Made by a program: the position numbers and the translations under genes. Of a stretch of DNA of 64,000 bases, positions 50,806-60,143 are shown in pieces. The notes under the pieces were generated by a model, which did not search any database, had not been told where the DNA came from, and worked only from the letters and a program-made list of their open reading frames with translations. This DNA comes from an uncultured Verrucomicrobiae bacterium. Its GTDB lineage: Bacteria > Verrucomicrobiota > Verrucomicrobiia > Limisphaerales > UBA11358. Location of the stretch: NCBI GenBank assembly GCA_963827205.1, contig CAWHAH010000004.1, positions 192,241 to 256,240 of the forward strand, in the 5' to 3' direction. The stretch's first letter is position 1; each line of letters opens with the position of its first letter.

Positions 50806-51407
50806 ACGGGTCAAACACGCCGTATCCCACCTTTTACGCTGAAAAATTGCTTCAGTATTTTGCGCGGCCCGGCGATTCCGTCCTCAATGGCACCAGTGAC
50901 AATCTTTTGCTTTCCGCTTCTGCCGTTCATCGCACCAACGGCGCACTCACGCTGCTGGTCATCAACAAAGACATGACCACGAACCTCAATGCGCAAATCG
51001 TGCTGACGAATTTCGTGCCGTGGACAACCGCCACGATTCAATCCTACGGCATCCCGCAAGATCAGGCGGCGGAAACCAACGCCGCGGCTGCACTGCAAGA
51101 CATCGCGACGACGAATTTTCCAACGGCCGGCACGAACTTCACCTGTTCGTTTCCACCATTATCGCTGACGCTTTTCACGTTTGCACCAGGACCCTCGGTG
51201 CTTTCCGCGTTGGGCGTCCAGCCCGGGCAGGTGGAGCTTCTCCTGCAAGGCCAACCTGGCACACCTTATGTCATTCAAAGTTCGCCGGATTTGGTGGCGT
51301 GGACCTCCGTCTCCACCAACACGCTCGTTGGGAGCACTTTGAACGTCACCAACCCGGTCTCTCCGAGTTCCCCGCACCAGTATTACCGCGCTCTTTGGCG
51401 GCCTTGA
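50802..51407 (+). CDS. C-terminal part of the same glycoside hydrolase (continues from about 50785 in the shifted frame)
   Basis: The shifted frame reads GDYGIVNGSNTPYPTFYAEKLLQYFARPGDSVL..., a typical beta-sandwich following the barrel. One extra G in the run restores ...YGWQGVGDYGIV. Ends with a ...PYVIQSSPDLVAWTSV...YYRA module. Confidence 0.8.
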   Translation: MNGSNTPYPTFYAEKLLQYFARPGDSVLNGTSDNLLLSASAVHRTNGALTLLVINKDMTTNLNAQIVLTNFVPWTTATIQSYGIPQDQAAETNAAAALQDIATTNFPTAGTNFTCSFPPLSLTLFTFAPGPSVLSALGVQPGQVELLLQGQPGTPYVIQSSPDLVAWTSVSTNTLVGSTLNVTNPVSPSSPHQYYRALWRP

Positions 51408-51508
51408 AGAATCGGCGAAAAAAATTATTTGCACCAAAGTGGTTAAGAAGGATTGGGCAGGTTAGCCAGCTAAGAATTCTGAATCCGCGGAAGTGTCGCG
51501 CTTCAGAC

Positions 51509-51727
51509 ATGAACTCATCCAAAATGATCAGCGTGTTTGGCGTGACGCTCGATGACGCAAAGCGCGGTGCCCTCGGCTTGCGAGACACATTGCTTCACAA
51601 GGAATTTGCGGAAGCGCACAACCTCGACCTCGCCACCATTCCCGACCAAGCCCGACGTTTCCGCCGCTGGATAGCGAAAAGCGCCGTCAATATAAACCAT
51701 CTCAACGAGAAGAAATGGCGAGGGTGA
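51509..51727 (+). CDS. Hypothetical 72-aa protein (weak call)
   Basis: ATG 51509 within track ORF 51020-51727: MNSSKMISVFGVTLDDAKRGALGLRDTLLHKEF.... Lies in the lower-GC stretch. No motif recognised. Confidence 0.3.
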   Translation: MNSSKMISVFGVTLDDAKRGALGLRDTLLHKEFAEAHNLDLATIPDQARRFRRWIAKSAVNINHLNEKKWRG

Positions 51728-51984
51728 GCGAAATTCTGCGGATGAATTATTTGACCACACGGGACGAATTTGACACCGCGGATTTCCGGCAACGGGGTCC
51801 CGGCTCATTTTGCTTTGCAGCCGGACCGCTAAAACAAAAAGCCTTTGAAATGGAAAACAAACCTGTTATGAAGTCCGCACCCTGTAGTGGCTGGTTTTGA
51901 AGTGACCGGTACCAGATTTAAAAACGACAAACTAAATTTGCATTAACAATTTCAACACCATTTCGTAGCCAACTATTATCCAAA

Positions 51985-53289
51985 ATGAAAAGACTTCCAC
52001 ATTACACCGTTTGGTATGGATTTATATTTGTTTTTTGCTGTAATTCTGCTCTTTCAATTCCAAAAGACGAACTTCAGCCACCCGATATAGCCTACTTGCA
52101 ACAGGTCATGAAGGACACTTGGAACTACATTGATTTCTATGTTGCTCCAGAAACAGGTTTCCCCTACGACTCCAACACAAAGCCGGAAAAGTCCAACACG
52201 ACAAACGTGGGGCTATATCTTGCAAGTATATCGGTCGCTCATAGACTGGGTTATCTAAAGGAAGAAGATGCAATTCTTAAGATTAGCAAGATTTTGAGGA
52301 GCCTTGAAAAAATCCAAAACTGGAATTATTTGTATAACAATTGGTTGAGCGTTACGGGCGACACAAATGCCTATGCCGGCCCCAATAATATTTCAGATTA
52401 CAATAAACTTCCCGCCGGGCTTATTCTGGTGCGACAGGAGTTTCCGCAGCTCTCAGATGAGTGCTCCCAGATACTGGACAAAATCAATTGGGGCATTTTT
52501 TACGAGCCTGAAACCGGAAAAATCTTTTATGAATTTGATATTATAAATAAAACTGTAAACCGGCCGGTATTCATAAGTCGTGGAGAAGACAAGCTGCTCG
52601 GAGCATTTCTTATGGTCGCTTCCGGCAAGGTGCCGCCAACCACATGGGAGCATCATCGTATGGGCGAAGCCGACATGGAGGAGAAGTATGGCCTTAAGTA
52701 TTTCAAGCCGGGCTGGCAGGGTGGCGGACTTTTCATGCAGTTTATATGCGGCATGTTCCTTGACGAAACAGGGACAAAACTCGGCTACTCCGAAGCTAAT
52801 TTCGCTTTCGCCCAGATTATTCATGCCCAAAAAATTGGTTCGCCGGTGTGGGGGTGGTCCGCGTCTCAAAATCCCGATGGCGGGTATCTGGGAATGGGCC
52901 AGATTAGAGACAGCGTGGTGACTCCCCATGCCTGCATTTTGGCCATAGGCCTCTATCCGAAGGCGGTTGTAAACAATTTAAGGAAGCTGGAACAAATGGG
53001 GGCACGGGCGCCAATCGTCATCAATGGCAGGAAGCACGCGTTTGGTTTTCACGACGCCGTCAACACCGACACCGGAAAAGTCGATCCTGATTTCCTGGTG
53101 TTGGATCAGGCAATGGCTTTTTTGAGCCTGGCAAATTTTCTGGAAGACGATGTCGTGCGGAAAATGTTCAAACAAGACCCCATGGTGGCAAATGGATTGA
53201 AGTTAATCCCGGAATACAACATTAAAGATGCGGATAAAATGAGATTTAGAGATTATGTGAACAGCTTAAAAACAAGGCGGATTAACTGA
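51985..53289 (+). CDS. Secreted (alpha/alpha)6-barrel glucoamylase-like protein (Pfam Glycoamylase/DUF3131-type; possibly beta-1,2-glucanase-like)
   Basis: Signal/anchor MKRLPHYTVWYGFIFVFCC. TTNVGLYLASI, GWSASQNPDGGY and VLDQAMAFLSLANFL resemble that family as I recall it. GC is ~42-45%, far below its surroundings. Confidence 0.75.
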   Translation: MKRLPHYTVWYGFIFVFCCNSALSIPKDELQPPDIAYLQQVMKDTWNYIDFYVAPETGFPYDSNTKPEKSNTTNVGLYLASISVAHRLGYLKEEDAILKISKILRSLEKIQNWNYLYNNWLSVTGDTNAYAGPNNISDYNKLPAGLILVRQEFPQLSDECSQILDKINWGIFYEPETGKIFYEFDIINKTVNRPVFISRGEDKLLGAFLMVASGKVPPTTWEHHRMGEADMEEKYGLKYFKPGWQGGGLFMQFICGMFLDETGTKLGYSEANFAFAQIIHAQKIGSPVWGWSASQNPDGGYLGMGQIRDSVVTPHACILAIGLYPKAVVNNLRKLEQMGARAPIVINGRKHAFGFHDAVNTDTGKVDPDFLVLDQAMAFLSLANFLEDDVVRKMFKQDPMVANGLKLIPEYNIKDADKMRFRDYVNSLKTRRIN

Positions 53290-53385
53290 AGGATATGGGT
53301 GTCTGCAAGTGATTTGTGACGATTACGGGCACCAAAGCCGATCTTCACCCGGACAAAGCGAACCTGGCGCCGGTGTGCCGACGGC

Positions 53386-53667
53386 TTACGGTTTACCCAT
53401 CAGCGAGTTCTGATGTTTGGCAACGGTTGCCGCCATGGTGTTGACACTCTGGAGAATCTGGCGTGCGGCCTCGGGATCGGCAATCTTGAGTCCATACGTC
53501 TTGTCAATGGCCACAACCAATTGCAGGGCGTCCACCGAATCCAAACCCAGACCGCCGGGGCCAAACAATGGCTGGTCATCGCTGATTTCTTCCGGACAGA
53601 TTTGGAGCATGAGATTCTCCACCATCAGTCGTTTGATGTCCTGTTTGAGCGCGGCTGTAGTATCCAT
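53386..53667 (-). CDS. Acyl carrier protein
   Basis: LGLDSVDALQLVVAIDKTYGLKI contains the phosphopantetheine Ser motif (DS). 93 aa from ATG 53667. Confidence 0.88.
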   Translation of the reverse strand: MDTTAALKQDIKRLMVENLMLQICPEEISDDQPLFGPGGLGLDSVDALQLVVAIDKTYGLKIADPEAARQILQSVNTMAATVAKHQNSLMGKP

Positions 53668-53775
53668 TACAAAATCACACCATTCATTCTGAAGAACGAA
53701 TTTTGCGACAGAGCCGGGTTCAGCGCAAGCCGGGAAGCAATTGGGCAACGGTCCCGTTGGAAGTGATGCTGTTGG

Positions 53776-54237
53776 CTACGGACTGGGTCGGGCGGCATGA
53801 CCGTCTTTCGGTTTTCCCACCAATGATGCGAGCTTTCTTTCGGCAGTCTCCGTGTCCGCCATTCCTTGGGATTGGATGGGTTTGGTCGTCTGCACCGCTC
53901 CCTCTTCCGCCACCTGGGAATGGGGAGAAATCCGTGATGCTTCGGGGTACGCCCGGCGTATCAGCAGTCCGCCGCCAATCAACCACCAGGCGACAGCCAG
54001 GTTAAAAACCATGGGCAGAAGCGCATTTAGAATGTCGCTTTTACCAGCGGTCTCAATGGCGCCGAGGTCCAGCAGCGGTGGTACGGCGCTTAAACCGAAG
54101 TAAAGAAATAGAAGCCCCAAAAGCCGGACGGCCAGGCCGAAGATGTCCTTGAATATGTCTCTTGATTTCATGGTGTGCTGAATCTGTGCGTGCGCTAGTT
54201 GAATAAGTTTACCGTCGTCGTCGAGCTTAGATGGCAT
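53776..54237 (-). CDS. Hypothetical membrane protein (2 TM helices)
   Basis: IFGLAVRLLGLLFLYFGLSAV and LLPMVFNLAVAWWLIGGGLLI. Directly upstream of the ACP gene on the same strand. Confidence 0.6.
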   Translation of the reverse strand: MPSKLDDDGKLIQLAHAQIQHTMKSRDIFKDIFGLAVRLLGLLFLYFGLSAVPPLLDLGAIETAGKSDILNALLPMVFNLAVAWWLIGGGLLIRRAYPEASRISPHSQVAEEGAVQTTKPIQSQGMADTETAERKLASLVGKPKDGHAARPSP

Positions 54238-54366
54238 CGGCGGGCTTGTTCAAGTGCTTTCCCGTTTGCGGAGAAGCGACCGAAATCGCGTCATGGGCGG
54301 TTCCGTTCCAATAATTTATCATTTCATCTTAGACACACCTCGCCCGATCCGCTAAATATTCGCGTC

Positions 54367-56220
54367 ATGTTTTTCGGCCCGAGTTCCGGTGGATCAGTTC
54401 GTGCAAGTGGAAATGCAAGCCGGACACTTTTGCTTGTTTTTTGGGCTCTGTCAGTCTTCCCTTTCAAGGGCTTGGCGCTCCCCGGACGACTGGTCTTGGG
54501 CCTGGATGGAGTTGCTTACCGCGACATGAAAGCCTTGCAGGAAGGGGTCACGTACACGAACACTTGGGGCAAGCGGTTGCATCGCCGGGCGTTCGGCCCC
54601 GATGAGGGATACTTTCCGGTCAGCCGCCTGGTTTCGACGTTTCCGTCCACGAGCGACGTTGCATGGACCGACATTTTCGGCGACCGCCCGCTGCCCGGTT
54701 ACCAACGCACGTATTTCAGCGCCGCGGCGAATTCGCAAATTGTCATCAACGGCATCACCACCACCATGGAGCACGAAAGCCAGATGAGTTGGGAAATGGA
54801 AAACAACCTGCTGCGCACCATGGGTTACGTCTATCCGGTTCACACGTTTGACCACGAGATACGCGAAACGATCAGGAACTTTTGGAACGACACGGGCAAT
54901 AATGGCAGCTACTACGTCTATATTCGCGCCACGGACGATGCGCAGCACCTGGACCGCGACATCTTTGCCATGCTCTGCAGACTGGATGAGCAGCTCCAGG
55001 CGATGCGTACTCGGTATCGGGCGCAGGAAGGGCGCGATCTGCAAATCCTGATTCTCTCGGACCACGGGCACAATCACGCCGGTTCCTTCAAGCGCGTCGA
55101 AGTCCGCGCCTTGCTGGAAAAGGCCGGATACCGGATTACCGAATCCATTCAGCAACCCAAGGACGTGGTCCTGCCCACCACCGGCATAGAAGACTGGGTG
55201 GAAATCCACAATGCGCCGGGCGCCACCAAAACGCTGATGCCGCTGCTCACCCGTTTGGAAGGCGCGGACCTCGTGACGGGCCAGGACCCGGATCATTCCA
55301 ACCATTTCCTCGTCATGAATTCCCGGGGCGAACGGGCCGGTATTGACTGGAATCCAACAAATAACACCTACCGCTATTCAACCGAAACCGGCGATCCGCT
55401 CGGCTACCGTCCGGTGGCCGAGGCGCTTGCCCGCCAGAACAGGTTCGATGCCGGCGGATTCGCCGCCGCCGACACGTGGATGGCGGCGACCCTGACCAAT
55501 CACTATCCGCTGGCGCCGGAACGGATTGTCCGCGGCCTCACGCGGGTCACCCTCAACCCCGCCACCATTCTCATCAGCCTGAGCAACGACTACGTTCACT
55601 GCGGCTGGCTGATTCAGAAAGGCGCGGACCTGTCAACGTTCAGCAGTACTCACGGTGCGCTGGACAACCTCAACTCGGACGGCATCGTGTTGAGCAATTT
55701 CACGCCCACCCGGGATACTTCGAGCGACCGGGTGGCCGGACAGTTTGATGATTTTCCCGGACTGCGAAATTTTCGCGCGATGGAAAATGGCGCCGAATTG
55801 CTCACCAAAAATGAACAGGCCCTGACGCGGATCGCGCACGAACCGTTTGACTCAGATTACCAGTCGCTGCCGGAAGATGGGGTTTTCCTGCGGGTCTGGT
55901 CGCCGCGATTCACTCATTTGGACGCGCAAGCGCCAATCGAGGCAACGATTGAAAAAGTCCAGCATTTCTCGAACGCGCAGAATCCTCATGGAGTTTTCAA
56001 ACCGGCACCCGCCTTGGGACGGCACTTGACCTTCGACCGGCCGGTTTCCTTTTCCGACCCCTGCGCTTACGAAAGAATCTATGCGCTCCCGTCCGATTTG
56101 ATTCTGAAATCGCAAACGGAGTACCGGATTTCGGGATGGATACGCGATCGAAACAAAAGCATCAGCCTCTTTGAGTTCAATTTTTACACCGACAGCCAAG
56201 GCCGGCCGGCGGCGTATTGA
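54367..56220 (+). CDS. Alkaline-phosphatase-superfamily protein (type I phosphodiesterase / nucleotide pyrophosphatase-like), secreted
   Basis: Signal-like N-terminus, LVLGLDGVAYRD (metal Asp), STFPSTSDVAWTDIFG (nucleophile Thr/Ser region) and ILILSDHGHNHAG. ATG 54367. Confidence 0.8.
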   Translation: MFFGPSSGGSVRASGNASRTLLLVFWALSVFPFKGLALPGRLVLGLDGVAYRDMKALQEGVTYTNTWGKRLHRRAFGPDEGYFPVSRLVSTFPSTSDVAWTDIFGDRPLPGYQRTYFSAAANSQIVINGITTTMEHESQMSWEMENNLLRTMGYVYPVHTFDHEIRETIRNFWNDTGNNGSYYVYIRATDDAQHLDRDIFAMLCRLDEQLQAMRTRYRAQEGRDLQILILSDHGHNHAGSFKRVEVRALLEKAGYRITESIQQPKDVVLPTTGIEDWVEIHNAPGATKTLMPLLTRLEGADLVTGQDPDHSNHFLVMNSRGERAGIDWNPTNNTYRYSTETGDPLGYRPVAEALARQNRFDAGGFAAADTWMAATLTNHYPLAPERIVRGLTRVTLNPATILISLSNDYVHCGWLIQKGADLSTFSSTHGALDNLNSDGIVLSNFTPTRDTSSDRVAGQFDDFPGLRNFRAMENGAELLTKNEQALTRIAHEPFDSDYQSLPEDGVFLRVWSPRFTHLDAQAPIEATIEKVQHFSNAQNPHGVFKPAPALGRHLTFDRPVSFSDPCAYERIYALPSDLILKSQTEYRISGWIRDRNKSISLFEFNFYTDSQGRPAAY

Positions 56221-56225
56221 GAAAC

Positions 56226-57803
56226 TTACGGTTCGCTTGCCGCAAAGATTTTTCCGTTGCTGGCGCAAATCATCTGGGCGACGTAGCGGCCCGAAAGCGC
56301 AGCTGACGGCAGTCCGCCGCCCGCCACCACCCAGTGGCCGGCCATGTAAAAATCCCTGAGTCCCGGCAACGTGTAGGGAATGCGCCGGCCCAGAATCCGC
56401 GGCGTCGGCAGCCAGCCTTCATAACTGCCCTGCCAGTTGCCGGTGTAACGCACAAACGTCGCCGGCGTCGCAATGTCGGAACGATCCAGATTTTCCGCCA
56501 ATCCCGGAAATCGTTTGTCGAGGATGGCAATGATTTCCTGAACAACTCTTTTTTTCTCGACCCGGTAACGTTGCGGATCGCTCTTCTTCAAGCCGGTCCA
56601 AAACTCGTAGCTGGTCGGCAACCGGACTGTCATGACGCTGGTGCCGTCCGGGCAAAGCGCCGAATCAGAGCCAAACGTCTCGACCTCCAAACGATCGTGC
56701 TTTGTTTGATCATCCACGCACAGGGATTGGGCCAGTGGCAGATTGAGTGTGTGGGGCGCGTCCGGAAAAACTTTCTTTATTCCCAGCGAAACCTGGATGA
56801 TGGCCGGAAAGGGCATGCAATTTTCGTAGAGGTAACGGATTCTTTTATCCACGAAACGCCCGTCCAACATCTTGAAAATTGTCGTGTGTCCATCCGCGCA
56901 GGAAACAACGGTCGAGGCGGGGACGACCGTTCCGTCGTCGCAACGCACGCCGACGGCGCGATTATTTTCGACGATGACCGAAGCGACCTTGGACTTGTAT
57001 CGGATGGTCCCACCGAGACGGGTGTAACGATCCGCGATGGCCATGGCAAAATCCCACGAGCCGCCGGCGACGAAACCGCAGTTGTTGCGGGTCCGGAACG
57101 CCAGCACCATCACGAGCACGAGGGCTGACATGTGTTCGTTGCTGGCGATGGCACTGAACGCTTCGCGCACAAGGTTGTTTTTGTACCGGGCCAGGTAGGC
57201 GGTGATGGGCAGGTTTTTCCATCTCAAGATGACGGGCAGCATCGGCAGGTAACGCAGGCCCGTTCGCATCTTCTCGCGGTGCGTCATCAGTTCCACCGGC
57301 TTTTCGAGCGGCGGTTCCAATGGCGCGCAGCGGCGCGCCGCCCGCACCAGCTTCTCAATCAGAACGCTATCTTCTGGCGAGACTCGTTTGAATTCGCGCG
57401 CGAGTTCATCCAGGTCAGCAGGCACGGAGAGGGTGTTGCCACTGGCGTCTTCGACCCGAAGCATTTCGTCGTGGACAAAAACCTTTCGCCCGGCGATGGC
57501 GCCGAGTTCCGTCCAGATCTGGTGAAAGGCTGAAGGCGGTTGCGCGCCGATGAGCCAGCGCAGGCAGCCGTCGAAGACATACGGTCCCCGGTGCCAGGCC
57601 GTGCACAATCCACCGGGAAGCAAACTCGCCTCCAGGATTTCGGTCTGGATGCCGTTCATTTGCAGGTAGCAACCGCAGGACAGACCGGCAACGCCGGCGC
57701 CGATGATGACTACTTTTTCCTTTCCCGGCGTTGCGGCTGCGGGTTCAGGTCCCTTCGCTGCCGTACGCGGCTGGTCTTCAACTTGCATCGCGTCAGTAGC
57801 CAT
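56226..57803 (-). CDS. FAD-dependent oxidoreductase, phytoene desaturase (CrtI)-like family
   Basis: KVVIIGAGVAGLSCGCYLQMNGIQTEILEASLLPGG dinucleotide-binding motif, 525 aa, C-terminal GHWVVAGGGLPSAALSG. The start overlaps the stop of the upstream radical SAM gene by 11 nt. Confidence 0.9.
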   Translation of the reverse strand: MATDAMQVEDQPRTAAKGPEPAAATPGKEKVVIIGAGVAGLSCGCYLQMNGIQTEILEASLLPGGLCTAWHRGPYVFDGCLRWLIGAQPPSAFHQIWTELGAIAGRKVFVHDEMLRVEDASGNTLSVPADLDELAREFKRVSPEDSVLIEKLVRAARRCAPLEPPLEKPVELMTHREKMRTGLRYLPMLPVILRWKNLPITAYLARYKNNLVREAFSAIASNEHMSALVLVMVLAFRTRNNCGFVAGGSWDFAMAIADRYTRLGGTIRYKSKVASVIVENNRAVGVRCDDGTVVPASTVVSCADGHTTIFKMLDGRFVDKRIRYLYENCMPFPAIIQVSLGIKKVFPDAPHTLNLPLAQSLCVDDQTKHDRLEVETFGSDSALCPDGTSVMTVRLPTSYEFWTGLKKSDPQRYRVEKKRVVQEIIAILDKRFPGLAENLDRSDIATPATFVRYTGNWQGSYEGWLPTPRILGRRIPYTLPGLRDFYMAGHWVVAGGGLPSAALSGRYVAQMICASNGKIFAASEP

Positions 57804-59118
57804 CGAAATTGTTGTTGGCCGGGCCGGCGTGGGCCATTCGGCGTTGGGAAAAGTTGATGACCCAGGAAGCCAGATTGGACCTGGTCACCGGCAGGGACAT
57901 GCGGGAAATGATGGATGGCAGGCTGTAAAAATCCCGATACATTTTCCGGACGTTTTGTTCCAGCTCCACCGGCGAGCCGTGAGGCGGCTTGATGTGGCAG
58001 AGTTGGCCCGGCCAGCGATCAATCTCCCGGCTGTCCGTGATGCGTTCTTCGCCCTGCAGGCGGTCGTAAAGTGGCGTCCCCTTGACCGGCGTCAGAATGT
58101 TGAAGTAGGCAGCCGGAACTTTGTGGCTCTGAAGGAAATTCAGCGTGGCGTGAAAGGCGCCTTCAGTCTCGCCGTCCCAGCCAAAAATAAAATTCAAGGA
58201 GTAACTGATCCCGCGGCGGCGGAGATTGGCCAGCATTTCCCCGTAGCGGGAGGTTTTGTTGAACTGTTTGTTCATGCCCGCCAGCGTATCGGGATTGATG
58301 CTCTCGATGCCGATGTTGACGTGCAACAGGCCGCTGCGCTGCGCGAGGTCCAAAAATTCCCCGTCGTTGCACAGGTAGGATGACCACAGGGCCGACCACC
58401 GCACCTTGAGCGGGACCAATGCCGCCATAAGTTCCATCGCGTGACTCCGCTTGCCGGCAAAATTGCTGTCGCCGAACAGGATGTTCCGCAAGCGCCAGTG
58501 CCTGATTTCCTCAATGACTTCGGGCACCGGCCGGCATCGGTACTTTTCGCCCAGCAGAAAACGTTCGGAACAAAATTCACATCGGAAAGGACATCCCCGC
58601 GACGAAGAAACCGTGAAGGTCTTAAAAGGCCCGTAGTAGTGCAGGTTCAATAGTTCGTAACGAGGCAGAGGCAGACCGGCGAGATCGGGCAGCAAGTCGG
58701 CCTGGTAAACTTTCTTCAGCCGCCCGTGAAGGGCGTCCTCCAACATTTGGGTCCAGATTCCCTCGGCCTCACCAATACCAACCGCATCGCAATGTTCTCC
58801 CGCCTCCTCGGCGTGAAAAAATGTGTGGGGTCCGCCGAGAATGACCGGCACGCCGCGCCGGCGGAACTCGTCGGCGATGTCGTAAGCGCGGTAGGAATTG
58901 AGTGTCCACGTAGTGATGGCCACGAGGTCAGCGCGATAATCAAAATCAATCGGCTCCAGTTGTTCGTCGAGGAGTTTTATTTTCCAGTGCGCGGGAGTCA
59001 GTGCCGCCAGATAAGGGAGCGTCAACGGCACCACCTGACGACGGCGAACTTTGAACACCGTGCGGTCCGCCTTGGAGCGGTAATACGACGGCTGAATGAT
59101 TAAAATCCGGTTTGCCAT
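57793..59118 (-). CDS. B12-binding domain-containing radical SAM protein (class B)
   Basis: MANRILIIQPSYY...DLVAITTWTLNSYRAYDIA...VILGGPHTF (B12 domain), then SSSRGCPFRCEFCSE (CxxxCxxC). ATG 59118. Confidence 0.92.
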   Translation of the reverse strand: MANRILIIQPSYYRSKADRTVFKVRRRQVVPLTLPYLAALTPAHWKIKLLDEQLEPIDFDYRADLVAITTWTLNSYRAYDIADEFRRRGVPVILGGPHTFFHAEEAGEHCDAVGIGEAEGIWTQMLEDALHGRLKKVYQADLLPDLAGLPLPRYELLNLHYYGPFKTFTVSSSRGCPFRCEFCSERFLLGEKYRCRPVPEVIEEIRHWRLRNILFGDSNFAGKRSHAMELMAALVPLKVRWSALWSSYLCNDGEFLDLAQRSGLLHVNIGIESINPDTLAGMNKQFNKTSRYGEMLANLRRRGISYSLNFIFGWDGETEGAFHATLNFLQSHKVPAAYFNILTPVKGTPLYDRLQGEERITDSREIDRWPGQLCHIKPPHGSPVELEQNVRKMYRDFYSLPSIISRMSLPVTRSNLASWVINFSQRRMAHAGPANNNFDGY

Positions 59119-59272
59119 GTTATTCGTTGGAGCGCAGACAGCCATGTCCGCGAGTTCCGGGCCTCGCGAGTTTGTGCGGACAAAGCTGTCCACGCTCCGG
59201 GCTTCGGTTCGGGCGGGCAGAAGGCCCTGCGCAATTCCTTGGCCCCACGTTTCATCGCCACCACGTTACTGG

Positions 59273-60004
59273 TCATAAAATTCCGCCGTCAACTTTGAGG
59301 ACGGAACCGGTGATGTAGCCGGCTTCGGCACTCGCCAAAAAACGGACTGCCGCCGCCACTTCTTCGGGCCGGCCAAATCGGCGCATGGGAATCCTCATTT
59401 GCGCGGCCTTTCGTTCCTCTCCGGCTAGAGCGGCCAACGCCTCGGTTTCCACGAAGCCGGGACAGACAGCATTCACGGTGATGCCGATGCGCGCCACTTC
59501 CTTGGCCAGCGACTGGGTCAGCGCGACCACACCCGCCTTGGCCGCAGCGTAGTTGGCCTGACCCGCCGGGGCCAGGAGCGCGCTCAAGGATGACAGATTT
59601 ACAATCCGGCCGGCGCGCTGGCTGATCATCGTTGGCAACACGGCCTGACAACCGTGAAAGACCCCGTCGAGATTTGCCGCCAGAACGCGCCTCCATGAAT
59701 CCGCCGGCATGGTGGCCAGCAACGCGTCTTCGTGGCTGCCCGCATTATTGACTAGGACATCCAGGCGGCTGTGGCGCGCCAACATTTCATTGACCGCCTG
59801 TTTCCAGGATTCGGGAGAGGTGACGTCAAGAGCGACGCAGAAGCAGCGGTCGGGATTCGCCAGCGCCATCGTGTCGGCATGTTCCCGCCGGGAACGGACT
59901 CCGAGCCAGACCATGTTGGCGGGCGACTCATCCAGAAAGGCGCGAGCGATGGCCTGGCCCAGCCCGCCATTGGCTCCGGTAATGAGAATGACCCGCAAGC
60001 TCAT
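59273..60004 (-). CDS. fabG: SDR-family 3-oxoacyl-ACP reductase-like
   Basis: ILITGANGGLGQAIA, NNAG, S...YAAAKAG catalytic triad region, and C-terminal GSVLKVDGG. Confidence 0.9.
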   Translation of the reverse strand: MSLRVILITGANGGLGQAIARAFLDESPANMVWLGVRSRREHADTMALANPDRCFCVALDVTSPESWKQAVNEMLARHSRLDVLVNNAGSHEDALLATMPADSWRRVLAANLDGVFHGCQAVLPTMISQRAGRIVNLSSLSALLAPAGQANYAAAKAGVVALTQSLAKEVARIGITVNAVCPGFVETEALAALAGEERKAAQMRIPMRRFGRPEEVAAAVRFLASAEAGYITGSVLKVDGGIL

Positions 60005-60029
60005 GACTGAATCCTCAATTGTGCATTCG

Positions 60030-60100
60030 AAAGCGGCGTCGCGCTGCGCTTGCCGCCGCAGTCCAAGACGCTGGCGCGCCAGCCGCGTGTGGCTGAAATA
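60030..60100. repeat. GC-rich intergenic repeat (translates as FESGVALRLPPQSKTLAR)
   Basis: ttcgaaagcggcgtcgcgctgcgcttgccgccgcagtccaagacgctggcgcgcc. I recall this peptide pattern from spurious ORFs in Verrucomicrobia/Planctomycetes. Only one copy is in the window. Confidence 0.35.
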
Positions 60101-60143
60101 ATTGTGACGCGAATGTTCATTCCGTTAAGAGTTTCAGAAAAGA

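Noticed and set aside
51509-51900. Two small overlapping ORFs (72 aa and 61 aa, 13-nt overlap) as a toxin-antitoxin pair.
   Set aside because: Neither sequence shows a recognisable toxin or antitoxin motif. The second ORF (51715-51900) has poor coding character. The arrangement alone is insufficient.
47954-53289. Integrated mobile element or prophage at tRNA-Asp.
   Set aside because: No integrase, excisionase, transposase or phage genes are visible. I could not find a direct repeat of the tRNA 3' end downstream. Only the compositional shift remains, and it is reported as a low-interest finding.
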